Shown here: piece by piece, positions 19,045-28,627 of the stretch
Position numbering within the stretch: the first letter of the stretch is position 1
Layout: each line of letters opens with the position of its first letter
Assembly: GCA_963816145.1 (NCBI GenBank)
Contig: CAWFJP010000018.1
Coordinates: forward strand, 128,001-192,000
From: an uncultured delta proteobacterium
GTDB taxonomy: Bacteria; Desulfobacterota; Binatia; UBA9968
Direction of reading: 5' to 3'
DNA length: 64,000 nt
Translations under genes and position numbers: made by a program
The notes under the pieces: generated by a model
What the model was told of the DNA's origin: nothing
Database searches by the model: none
The model's input: the letters and a program-made list of their open reading frames with translations, nothing else

Positions 19045-19650
19045 TTAAACGTAACTCGCCGGCAGATTGGTCTTGAAGATCTCGATCTTTTCCGATTTTT
19101 CAATATAACGGATGAAGCGATACTTATTCTCCACTTCATCGATGGGGAAAGGCGGCACCGCGGTTCTTTCGGTGCTGACTTTAGCGCCGATGAAACAGAG
19201 TTCGTTGCCGCGGAGCGCGGCCGCCGCACTCATGGCGAACTCGTCAACCGTTCTTGCCCATTGCGCATTCTTGATCCCCGCAGCGCGGGCGATGCCGACG
19301 AGATCCGTGCCCGCGCCGGTGGCGGTCTGCTTACTGCCAGAGGCTTCGTACACCTCATTGTCGAAAACCATGTGAACGAGATTTCCCGGTCGCATCCGCG
19401 CGATTGTCGGCAGCGAGCAAAGATTCATCAACAGCGAGCCGTCGCCGTCGAGCGCGACCACCTTGCGGTGCGGCAGTCCCAGCGCCATGCCGAGGGCGAT
19501 CGACGAGCACAACCCCAACGTACGGACACGAAAATTACCGTCGCTTGGATGGAGCGAGTTCCACTCCAACGTCATGGCTCCGGCGGAACTGACCACCAGG
19601 GCGTCTTTCACCTCCGCCGCCAGCGCCCGTAAACAGTCGTATCGTTTCAT
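19045..19650 (-). CDS. TPP-binding subunit, sulfopyruvate/phosphonopyruvate decarboxylase beta-like (ComE-like)
   Basis: DGDGSLLMNL...FDN TPP-binding motif. Confidence 0.85.
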   Translation of the reverse strand: MKRYDCLRALAAEVKDALVVSSAGAMTLEWNSLHPSDGNFRVRTLGLCSSIALGMALGLPHRKVVALDGDGSLLMNLCSLPTIARMRPGNLVHMVFDNEVYEASGSKQTATGAGTDLVGIARAAGIKNAQWARTVDEFAMSAAAALRGNELCFIGAKVSTERTAVPPFPIDEVENKYRFIRYIEKSEKIEIFKTNLPASYV

Positions 19651-19666
19651 GGCAGTGCCAAAATCT

Positions 19667-20188
19667 TTACAGCGATTGCAGCGCCGGGCGCCGTCCCAGC
19701 AGCTCCTTGGTCAATAAAAGCGCGATCGGCTTTTTGGAATCTTCGGCGAGCACCTGCGCGCGCTTGATCAACTCCGGCGCATCGCCGATGTCGCGCATGA
19801 TGTAGTAGCGGATTCCGAGTGCTTGCAGCACCGGCTCGGTCATGCTCCCGGTAGTAGCAAACGTCCGGTCGCCGATATCGCCGGCGTAATAAATAAGCAG
19901 CAGCACGGGGATCTGATACTGCAACAACGTGCTGATAATGGCGTTGTTGCTGTTGAAGAATCCGCCGTTCTGCATGATCGCGGCGCACTTCTTGCCGACC
20001 AAGTAGCCGCCGGCGCAGATGCCCATGCCCTCTTCCTCGCGGCACAGCGGCACATGGATCATGTCATTGGCTTCTTCCACCTCGCGCAGCAAGTCGGACA
20101 AATTGACGTCCGGCAAGGTCGCGATCAAGTCGATGCCCGCGTCCTTTAAGCCATTGACGAGTATCTTCGCCGATTCCACTGCAGTCAT
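19667..20188 (-). CDS. Sulfopyruvate/phosphonopyruvate decarboxylase alpha-like (ComD-like)
   Basis: REEEGMGICAG, MQNGG. Confidence 0.85.
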   Translation of the reverse strand: MTAVESAKILVNGLKDAGIDLIATLPDVNLSDLLREVEEANDMIHVPLCREEEGMGICAGGYLVGKKCAAIMQNGGFFNSNNAIISTLLQYQIPVLLLIYYAGDIGDRTFATTGSMTEPVLQALGIRYYIMRDIGDAPELIKRAQVLAEDSKKPIALLLTKELLGRRPALQSL

Positions 20189-20349
20189 TTAAAAATGCTC
20201 CTATTTTCGCCGAGCCGTTCTCCGCTTAACATCAATGCTAGAGCACTGCAAGCAATGGCGAGCCTTAGTCAGCACTTTTTCTTTGGTTGGTTTCTTAGTA
20301 TAAATGCAGCGTGTCGAACCTAATTCTCTAACGCGAAAGGACCAATTCC

Positions 20350-20949
20350 ATGATCAAGCTTTACGACTTCAAATCGTCACCCAACTGTCAACGGGTCAAA
20401 GTTGTTTTGGCCGAAAAGAAACTGCCCTACGAAATTGTCCCGGTAGATTTGACTAAAAAAGAACAGAAGAGCCCGGAGTATTTGAAAATGAACCCCTACG
20501 GCAAGGTCCCCGTACTGACCGACGATAGCGCCGTGCTTTACGAATCGTTGATTATCAACGAGTACTTGGAGGAAAAATATCCGACGCCGGCGCTGTTGCC
20601 CAAGGACCCGGCAAAGAAAGCCAAAGCGCGCATCCTTACCGATTACGGCATGGCGCACTTCGACAGCCCCTATCAAAAGCTGCGCATGGAGCTGATGAAA
20701 GAAGCCAAGGAGCAAAGCCAGCCGGTCATCGACGGCGCCAAGGCCGACTTGAAAAAGCTTTTGCAGCGTTTTGAAGAGGAACTTGGCGATCAGCAATACT
20801 TGCTCGGCGACTTCTCTCTGGTCGACGCCAATTTGATCCCGCGCTTCACCCGCTTGGAAGGTTTCGGCATCCTGCCCGATCCGTCGCTGCCGCGCCTCGG
20901 GAAATACCTGGAACGCATGAAGGCGCGTCCTTCGGTCAAAGCTTTGTAG
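20350..20949 (+). CDS. Glutathione S-transferase
   Basis: SPNCQRV, NPYGKVPVL, YESLII, FSLVD. Confidence 0.92.
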   Translation: MIKLYDFKSSPNCQRVKVVLAEKKLPYEIVPVDLTKKEQKSPEYLKMNPYGKVPVLTDDSAVLYESLIINEYLEEKYPTPALLPKDPAKKAKARILTDYGMAHFDSPYQKLRMELMKEAKEQSQPVIDGAKADLKKLLQRFEEELGDQQYLLGDFSLVDANLIPRFTRLEGFGILPDPSLPRLGKYLERMKARPSVKAL

Positions 20950-20984
20950 TAGGGCTAAGACTTTCTCCAGTTGTCGATTTAGTT

Positions 20985-23406
20985 ATGCAGGCGCCGAAAA
21001 GCGGTTTGTTCGCGACCGTCTTTTCGGCGCTGCTTTCTCCGGTCATCGGTTTTCTCGACAAGCCATCCCAGCCGCGCTATCGCGGCGAAATCAGTCTCAA
21101 GGGATTGCAGCAAGCGGTCGATGTCTCATTCGATCGCTATGCGGTGCCTCATGTGCGCGCCGCCGGCGAGGCAGATCTGTTTTTCGCTCAAGGTTATCTG
21201 CACGCCCAAGAGCGGCTCTGGCAGATGGAGCTGAGCCGGCGTTTTCTCAGCGGCCGCATGGCCGAGCTATTCGGTGACTTCACGTTGCCGTGGCGCGAGC
21301 TCTCCAGCCAATTCCGCGGCCACAAGACCAGCGATCTCGATTTTTTCATCCGTCTATTGGGAATTCGCCAGTCGGCGATTGAATCGTCGAGCCTGCTGAC
21401 CGACGACGATAGCCGCCGTCTCAGTGCTTACAGCCAGGGCATCAATCGCTACATCGAGCAATGCGGCAAAAAGCTCCCATGGGAATTTCGCTTGCTGCGA
21501 TTTGCCCCCGAACCCTGGACGCCGAGGGACAGCCTGACCGTCGGCAAGGGGTTGGCGTTTTTACTCTCCACCGCGCTTTACACGAGACTCGGTTTAATTC
21601 CGCTCGCGGCAAAGCTACAGCATGATCCAGAAAAGCTGCGCTCGCTGTTACCCGCCTACCCAGCCGCCGCGCCGACCATCAGCCGCGCCATCAGTCGACC
21701 AGGCTACCTCGCTCTGCTGCTTCACAAACGGGGTACTCGGCGCCACCGATTGGCATGGCGCGGGACATGGCAGCAACAACTGGGTGGTCGGTCCGGGTAA
21801 GTCGAAGTCCGGTAGCGCGATTCTGTGCAACGATCCGCACCTGCGCATGACGCTGCCGTCGATGTTTTACTTAATGCATCTGGCATCCGGCGCAAACAGC
21901 GAATCTGACCGCTACGAGACCTGGGGCGCATCGATGCCGGGGTTGCCGTGCATACAACTGGGACAAAACCGTTGGCTCGCCTGGGGCATCACCGCGGCGT
22001 TGTGCGACGACGTCGAACTGTATCGTGAACGGATTCACCGCATCGAATCAGATCGTTACCTGGCCGGGGAAGAGTGGCGCAAGTTTGCCGAACGGCGCGA
22101 GCTGATTGGTATTCGCGGCGGTAAAAACCTCGAACGCATCGTCCGATCAAGCCGCCACGGAGCGATCATCAGCGATTTTTCCGGCATCGACAAGTCCGGA
22201 GAAGTTTTAGCGCTGCGCTGGTGTGCCACCGAAGCAAGCCAGGAAAGCGATTCGGTCTATCGCCTCAACCAAGCGCGCGACTGGCAAGAGTTCTTGACTG
22301 CACTGCGCTACTACAGCGCGCCCAGTTTGAATTTCGTCTATGCCGACCGCGGCGGCAATATCGGTTACGCTCTGGCTGGAAAAATCCCCCGGCGTGACCG
22401 AGAACCGTCTTTCCTACCGCTCGCGGGTTGGGATGAAGCCAACGACTGGCGTGGCTACATACCATTCGACGAACTGCCGCGGCTGTACAATCCGCCCGCC
22501 GGTTATCTCGCCACGGCCAACAACAAGATTGTCGACGCCGCCTATCCCTATTATCTCTCTAATTTTTTCGAACCGCCGCAGCGGATTCGCCGGATCAACC
22601 AGCTATTGCAGGCGCAAGACAAATTTACCGCTGAAGATATGGCAAACATCCAACTCGACCTAGTGTCACTCCATGCCGTCGAACTCATCCAAGCGCTCAG
22701 CGCCGACCTACGGGGAATCTCAACCGACAACAGTTTGGCACACGACGCTGCGGCGAAGTTGCTGGCGTGGGATGGCAACTGTTGCGCGTCGAGCGTGCCG
22801 GCGGCGATCTTTCATGTTTTCCATCAGCGGCTGCTGGCGAACTTGTTGTGCGACGAACTCGGCGACGATTTGTTCGGCGCCTACACCGAGATTCTCAATC
22901 AGTGCATCGTGCCCACCGATAAAATCTTACACGACGAAAGCTCCTGTTGGTTTGCCAGGCGGCCAAGGAAAGCCTTGGTTGTCCAATCGTTAAATGAAGC
23001 TTGCACCGAGCTAAGCCACGTCTTCGGTACCGACTGCGAGCGATGGCAGTGGGGTAAAATTCATCGCTTGTCCCTTAATCATGCGTTGGGCCGCCTCGCC
23101 GTTCTGCGTCAGGCCATTTCGCTCGGTCCCATGCCCGTCGGCGGCGACGGTATGACCGTCAACCTGGGCTTTTACCGCCACTCCAGCCCATATGGGCAAA
23201 CCGTCGGCGCCGCGCTGCGCTATGTCATCGATTTTAGTGATGCGGAACATTCCGGCTACGTTTTAGCCTCTGGTCAATCGGGCCATCCTGGATCGCCCCA
23301 TTACCGCGATCAAACCAAGCCGTGGCACAAGGGCGAAAGAATCAGGTTAGATTCAGACAGCACCGATTCACCTCATCCCAGGCAATTGCTATTAAAACCG
23401 GACTAA
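20985..23406 (+). CDS. Penicillin acylase (peptidase S45, Ntn hydrolase), frameshifted near 21693
   Basis: Alpha part (AQGYLHAQERLWQME) in ORF 20985-21800; beta part (SNNW, NDPHL, SGHPGSPHYRDQ) in ORF 21622-23406. Confidence 0.88.
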
Positions 23407-23472
23407 TCAGGCAAGACAGCGTCCGCCGCAGTCACGCCAATGACGACTCGATCGTTTCTGCAACTGAATGAC

Positions 23473-23670
23473 CGTCAGCTTTAAGCCGAGGGGTTCTGAA
23501 TTCGTCGACTAGGAGTCGACTCCTCTTTTCGTCATTCCGGCGTAAGACGGAATCCAGGTTTTCTTTGGCCTGCCAACGAAACCGAAGATGGATGCGGCCC
23601 TACGCCGGCATGACAAACCTTCGCTCCGCCTGAAGGCGAGGGATTCAACCATCCCCGAAAGAGACATTAC
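23473..23670. repeat. Composite intergenic element containing a GTCAT...ATGAC REP-like palindrome (23531-23614)
   Basis: gtcattccggcgtaagacggaatcca...tggatgcggccctacgccggcatgac plus flanking hairpins. Confidence 0.65.
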
Positions 23671-23734
23671 TCAAGCACCGGCCGCCAAGCTCATTAGCAC
23701 TTGTCCGACGAGGCTTGGCGGCGCGAGGCTCCGC

Positions 23735-24376
23735 CTACTTCACCGGCGCCGTTGGGTTAGTGCTAACAATAATCCCTTGAGCTAAAATGGCCCCGTCTTC
23801 GCCTTGGCTCCCTTGGACTCTCAATTCCGCGCCTGGTTTGAGCATGTCGCGGCTTCCGCTCACGCGCTTCATGATCGGCGTGGTGGGGGGCACGAACACC
23901 TTCACTTCCCCGTCTTTGAATTTGAGAGTCAACATCCGTCCGTTGACGTCTTGTACCGTAAGATTTTCTATCGTTTCGACCGTCGCGTTGGTCATCGTGT
24001 GACTGGGGAGTGAAGTCTGAGGCCTATGCCCTTCTGACAACCCCCGCTCTTCCTCGCGAAAAATATTGATCTGCGCGGCGCGAAACGTACCGTCTGCCTG
24101 TTTCTGTGCTGAGGCGCCAACGAACACGCCTTGGGTAATGTCGGTAAGCCTGGCTGGCGCCTCGCCGACGATGCTAGTCCCCGAAGTCAACTTGACGGAA
24201 ACTTGCCCGGCATTAGTCGCGACCGACAGCGCCGGTTCTGTGTATGCAACAATTTTTCCTCTGATGGCGACCGCCGGTCCGGGCGAACTCACTTGAGCAT
24301 CCAGAATGGCGTCCCCCGGACGAAGCGCCGCAACAATCAACATTGAAAGAAAAACATATCGTAAAATCTGCATCAT
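23735..24376 (-). CDS. Exported DUF5666-like (OB-fold) protein, paralog A
   Basis: Signal peptide; KQADGTFRAAQINIF, EGHRP, MTNATV; strongly similar to 26720-27337. Confidence 0.75.
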   Translation of the reverse strand: MMQILRYVFLSMLIVAALRPGDAILDAQVSSPGPAVAIRGKIVAYTEPALSVATNAGQVSVKLTSGTSIVGEAPARLTDITQGVFVGASAQKQADGTFRAAQINIFREEERGLSEGHRPQTSLPSHTMTNATVETIENLTVQDVNGRMLTLKFKDGEVKVFVPPTTPIMKRVSGSRDMLKPGAELRVQGSQGEDGAILAQGIIVSTNPTAPVK

Positions 24377-24663
24377 GCACTCCTCGAGATTTGCCATAAG
24401 CGGGGCGCTGGCTTGGCCCGCATCACGAATCCATTGGCAACTCTAGCAGGATTTCAGCATTGCGGAAGTAGGCGGATTGGTTTTTGCGCCGAGGTATGCG
24501 AGAAAGTTTTGCAGAAACTACATTCTTGGTTAAAAAAGTGATTCGCCGGGGACAAGGGCATCCCCAACCCCCATTGTCAGGGTAAATCACCAGATTCCGT
24601 GACATTTGATAGATGATAAGGCGCCGGCAAATTCAAGAAAGATCGCTAAAAAATTATCCCTTG

Positions 24664-24690
24664 GGAATAAACCACGCACGCCAGCTGTTT
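24664..24690 (+). promoter_or_regulatory. Putative ECF autoregulatory promoter (GGAATAAA-N15-GTT)
   Basis: ggaataaaccacgcacgccagctgttt ~85 nt upstream of the ECF start; matches the ECF26-type consensus as recalled. Confidence 0.5.
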
Positions 24691-24771
24691 ACAGGGGTAG
24701 GGTTAGGTTGCGGCCTCGAGCGGTTAGGCCGGGCATAAGTCTCGTTTCCCCGGGCGGAGCAAAAATAAATT

Positions 24772-25278
24772 GTGAACGATGCCGCGGACATAACCAGCCA
24801 TATCCCGCGCTTGCGCCGTTATGCGCGGGCGCTTACCGGCGACAGTTCCGCAGCCGACGACCTCGTCCAAGACACCCTTGAGCGGGCATGGCGGCGTCTG
24901 GCCTTATGGCGAACCGGCAGCGACTTGCGGGCATGGCTCTTCACGATTATGCACAACATCTTTGTCAACCAATCGAGAGCCGATCCGCGCAAGCTGGCTC
25001 AGGCGACGGCGCTTGCAGGCACCGATTTATCCGTCACTACGCCCCAGGAAGACCGGCTGATCTTACAGGACCTCAACAAAGCCTTGAGAAATCTGCCCCA
25101 TGATCAAAGAGAAGTATTATTGCTGATCGGCCTTGAGCAGATGACATACGAAGAGGCAGCTAAAGTTATCGGTATACCGGTTGGAACGGTAATGTCGCGC
25201 CTGTCGCGCGGGCGCGAACAGCTGCGCGCCATGATGAGCGGGATCGGCGCCGTGGTTCAACTTAAGGTCGTCAAATGA
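24772..25278 (+). CDS. ECF sigma factor (ECF26-like)
   Basis: LRRYARAL..ADDLVQDTL, AWLFTIMHN, GTVMSRLSRGR. Confidence 0.92.
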   Translation: MNDAADITSHIPRLRRYARALTGDSSAADDLVQDTLERAWRRLALWRTGSDLRAWLFTIMHNIFVNQSRADPRKLAQATALAGTDLSVTTPQEDRLILQDLNKALRNLPHDQREVLLLIGLEQMTYEEAAKVIGIPVGTVMSRLSRGREQLRAMMSGIGAVVQLKVVK

Positions 25279-26036
25279 CATTGCCGGACTCCACCCTTTC
25301 AGAATCTGATTTGCACGCTTATGTCGATGGCAGGTTGCCGGTGGAGCGCCGTCGCGAAGTGGAGCAATTTCTCGCAACCCATCCCGAGGACATGGAACGG
25401 GCGCGCGTCTACCAAGAACAAAACAAAGCATTGCACGCATTATTCGATGGGGCGTTATCCGAGCCGCTGCCGCCGCAATGGCAAAGTCCAAGACGCAGAT
25501 GGAATTCACTGCTTAAGCCTGCAGCGGCGGCGGCGCTCTGGATTCTCATCGGCGGATGGTTGGGCTGGTCGCTGCGCGGTACTTACAACGGCAGACCTGC
25601 CGCGACTATTAACTTTGCCAAACAGGCCGCAATCGCCCATGCCGTGTATACTCCTGAGGTGCGCCACCCTGTGGAGGTAACTGCGGGCGAGGAAGAACAT
25701 TTGGTGAATTGGCTCTCGAAGCGTCTCGGCAATCGGCTGAAAGTCCCCCATCTATCGACGCTTGGCTTCGAACTGGTCGGCGGACGCCTGCTGCCTGGGG
25801 ACCAAGGCCCCGTGGCGCAGTTCATGTATCAAGATAAAAACGGCCAACGTCTAACCCTATACGTAAGAACCGATACCAAGACGGAACGGGAAACCGCTTT
25901 CCGCTTCGCGCAGGAAGGAAACGTGAATGTATTTTATTGGATCGATCACCGATTGAGCTATGCGCTCTCCGGCGAGCTTCGCAAAGACGAGTTACTGCGA
26001 ATCGCCAACGTCGTCTACGAGAAACTCAATCCGTAA
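25275..26036 (+). CDS. Transmembrane anti-sigma factor
   Basis: LHAYVDG, one TM helix, AHAVYTPEVRHPVEV, WLSKRLG, LVGGRLLP; ATGA overlap with the sigma. Confidence 0.9.
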   Translation: MTLPDSTLSESDLHAYVDGRLPVERRREVEQFLATHPEDMERARVYQEQNKALHALFDGALSEPLPPQWQSPRRRWNSLLKPAAAAALWILIGGWLGWSLRGTYNGRPAATINFAKQAAIAHAVYTPEVRHPVEVTAGEEEHLVNWLSKRLGNRLKVPHLSTLGFELVGGRLLPGDQGPVAQFMYQDKNGQRLTLYVRTDTKTERETAFRFAQEGNVNVFYWIDHRLSYALSGELRKDELLRIANVVYEKLNP

Positions 26037-26112
26037 CTGAGAAGAGCGCTGGGCAAAACCAGGCTCTCAAAAATAGTGGCGTGTAGGTAAAACTAAAGAA
26101 AGAAGGTGGCAG

Positions 26113-26661
26113 ATGGCTCTAACAAGAAAAATGTTACCATGTGCGATAGTAGCGATACTATTCCTGTTCGCGTCGGCGCACCCTACTACGGCCCTCGAAG
26201 TGGGACAGAAAGCGCCGGACTTTGAACTGGACAGCAGCAAGGGGGGCAAGCTGAAGCTGAGCAGCTTAAAGGGCAAGAACGTCCTTATCAATTTTTATAT
26301 ACTGGATTTTAACCCAACGTGAATCGCCGATCTTCAAGCGTCCGGTTCGGACAATTACTCGCAGTTCCAAGCCGAAAACACCGAAGTCTTAGGCATGAGC
26401 GTCAACACAGCCTTCTCACAGAAAGCTTTCGCCGAAGTCGCCAAAATCAACTACCCGCTACTCAGCGACCCAACCGGTAAAATTATGACCGCCTTCGGTG
26501 TGTTCGAACAAGAAAGACGGCAAGCCAAGCGCTCGTATATCATTATCGACAAAGAAGGCGTGGTGCGTTATATAAACATCCGTCCCACCAACGGCCCGGC
26601 AGATCTGCTCTCCACGGAAACTTTATTGAACGAGGTCAAAAAGGTGAACGGGCGGAGTTAA
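26113..26661 (+). CDS. Exported peroxiredoxin/AhpC-TSA-like selenoprotein (Sec at TGA 26320-26322)
   Basis: Two track ORFs are in one frame separated only by TGA: ...VGQKAPDFEL...FYILDFNPT-U-IADLQ...EVLGMSVN...YPLLSD...AKRSYIIIDKEG; hairpin gtccg-gtt-cggac at 26340-26352. Confidence 0.82.
26340..26352 (+). promoter_or_regulatory. SECIS-like hairpin of the Prx gene
   Basis: gtccggttcggac, 17 nt after the UGA, with G then U in the apical loop. Confidence 0.55.
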
Positions 26662-26719
26662 CCCGGTACGTCAAACCCATAACATCTCATGATGGAAAAT
26701 TAATCTGCCCAGGGAATTT

Positions 26720-27337
26720 ATGAAAAAATCTACTTTAACGCGTGCATTAGTGGTGGCATTGGGGCTTGGAGCAGGATACGCCTTTCCCGCCAATGCCCAA
26801 CCCGCCCCCGCCGGCAATCCGACGAATGTTTCCGGCAAAGTCGTATCTATGAAAGGCCCGGAACTGGTCGTTGCGAGCCCTAGCGGCGACGCGAAAGTCA
26901 CTGTTGGCGAAAAGACCATCATCCGCGCCGAAGTGCCGATCAAATTTTCCGAGATCACTTCAGGCATGTATGTCGGAGCCACGGCAACCAAGCAGCCGGA
27001 CGGAACCTTTTTGGCTTCCCAAATCAACATTTTTTCCGAAGACCAGCGCGGTACCGGAGAAGGTCACCGACCGCTGGGTTCTGCTACAATGACCAACGCC
27101 AATGTCGAGCGCATCGAAGAGGTCACCGTGCGGGACGTCAAAGGCCGGATGATGAATCTCAAATATAAAGGCGGCGAGGTAAGCGTGCTCGTGCCGCCGG
27201 ACATCCCGATAAACAAACGAGTGGTGGGTGATCGCACCCTCATCAAAACTGGTTCAGTTGTGTCGATAACCGCGACTCAAGAAGCCGATGGTTCGCTGAC
27301 GGCACGACAGATCACCGTGCGTGCGCCCAAGTTCTAA
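26720..27337 (+). CDS. Exported DUF5666-like protein, paralog B
   Basis: Signal peptide; KQPDGTFLASQINIF, GEGHRP, MTNANV. Confidence 0.75.
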   Translation: MKKSTLTRALVVALGLGAGYAFPANAQPAPAGNPTNVSGKVVSMKGPELVVASPSGDAKVTVGEKTIIRAEVPIKFSEITSGMYVGATATKQPDGTFLASQINIFSEDQRGTGEGHRPLGSATMTNANVERIEEVTVRDVKGRMMNLKYKGGEVSVLVPPDIPINKRVVGDRTLIKTGSVVSITATQEADGSLTARQITVRAPKF

Positions 27338-27476
27338 CCAGCCGGATGCAAAGGAGGAGAATGGCTGTTCCGGTAGAGCGAGACGGATCTTCTCGCCACG
27401 GACACACTAGTGGATGACTAAACAAGATGATAAAAGGCAATGAATATAGAAGCGTCAAGAACAATGGAGGTGCAAA

Positions 27477-27926
27477 ATGAATAAACTACTTCAGAAATTT
27501 GGACCAGTTTCGATAGTTCTTCCTCTGGCGCTGCTGATCATGGTTGGCTGTGCGGCGACTAATGGTTCGAGCCAAGAGGGTATAAAAGTATCATTGACCG
27601 GCAACCAGGAGGTTCCGCCGGTGAAGACATCGGCAACTGGAAGCGCCACTGTTACGATTAAATCGGATAAGTCCGTCAGCGGCACTATTACAACCACTGG
27701 CATCGATGCGATCGCGGCGCACATCCACGACGGCCCAGCAGGTAAAAACGGACCGGTGATTGTACCGTTTACCAAAGCCTCCGATGGTACCTGGTCCATC
27801 GCGCCGGGAGCGAAACTCAGTGACGCTCAATACGCGAGCTACCTGGCCGGGAACCTCTACGTCAATGTGCATAGCGCCGCGAACAAAGCCGGAGAAATAC
27901 GCGCGCAGTTAACGCCGAGTAAATAA
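27477..27926 (+). CDS. CHRD-domain lipoprotein
   Basis: Lipobox MVGC; LTGNQEVPPV, AAHIH, YVNVHS, GEIRAQL. Confidence 0.9.
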   Translation: MNKLLQKFGPVSIVLPLALLIMVGCAATNGSSQEGIKVSLTGNQEVPPVKTSATGSATVTIKSDKSVSGTITTTGIDAIAAHIHDGPAGKNGPVIVPFTKASDGTWSIAPGAKLSDAQYASYLAGNLYVNVHSAANKAGEIRAQLTPSK

Positions 27927-27975
27927 CTGCAGACTCAGCTCAAACATAAATTTAATTAGAGAAAGGAAAGTAACC

Positions 27976-28446
27976 ATGTCTTTAGGTCAATTTTTGACGA
28001 TCGCCACAGTTCTGTTGTTAACCGGAGTAGTCATGACAGCGCAAGCTTTTGCACAACAGGATATCGTCGACAAACGAAAAGAGGTCATGCAGTCTAATAA
28101 TGCGGATGTAAAGGCCATCGGCAAAGCTGCAGAGGCAAAAGATTTCGCGACAATAGAGTTAAAGGCAAAAGAGATCGTGGAAAACATCGATAAATATCCA
28201 TCGGTTTTTCCGAAGGGAAGCCTAACCGAGAAATCGCGAGCTCACCCGGATATTTGGGTCAAGAACGATGAGTTCAAGAGTCTAACCGCGAACGCGCGGA
28301 AGGCAGCCGAAGCGCTGGTGAAGGCCGCCGCAGACAAAAATGAAGCCGAGGTAAACGTTAAAGTTAAAGATCTGGGCAACAATAGGGATGGTGCCTGCGG
28401 CGCGTGTCATAAGGTTTTCCGAACGGATTTTCGTAAAGACAGTTAG
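27976..28446 (+). CDS. Cytochrome c' (class II cytochrome c)
   Basis: Signal peptide, RKEVM, IW motif, C-terminal CGACH. Confidence 0.88.
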   Translation: MSLGQFLTIATVLLLTGVVMTAQAFAQQDIVDKRKEVMQSNNADVKAIGKAAEAKDFATIELKAKEIVENIDKYPSVFPKGSLTEKSRAHPDIWVKNDEFKSLTANARKAAEALVKAAADKNEAEVNVKVKDLGNNRDGACGACHKVFRTDFRKDS

Positions 28447-28544
28447 TACCACGGCCGCTGCGCGCATGCGCTATTGGCAGCACGCGGCCGCCTTCGGATC
28501 GCAGACGGCGGCTGTTATGCAGACATATAGGTAATTTTGAATAT

Positions 28545-28580
28545 GAAAGCCCCTGCCCATGGCCGGGGCTTTCTTGTTTC
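28545..28580 (+). terminator. Rho-independent terminator
   Basis: gaaagcccc...ggggctttc followed by ttgtttc. Confidence 0.7.
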
Positions 28581-28627
28581 TACGTCTTTGGTCCGGTAGT
28601 ATTCGAGAAATTTTGTGTCGAGGTCTT

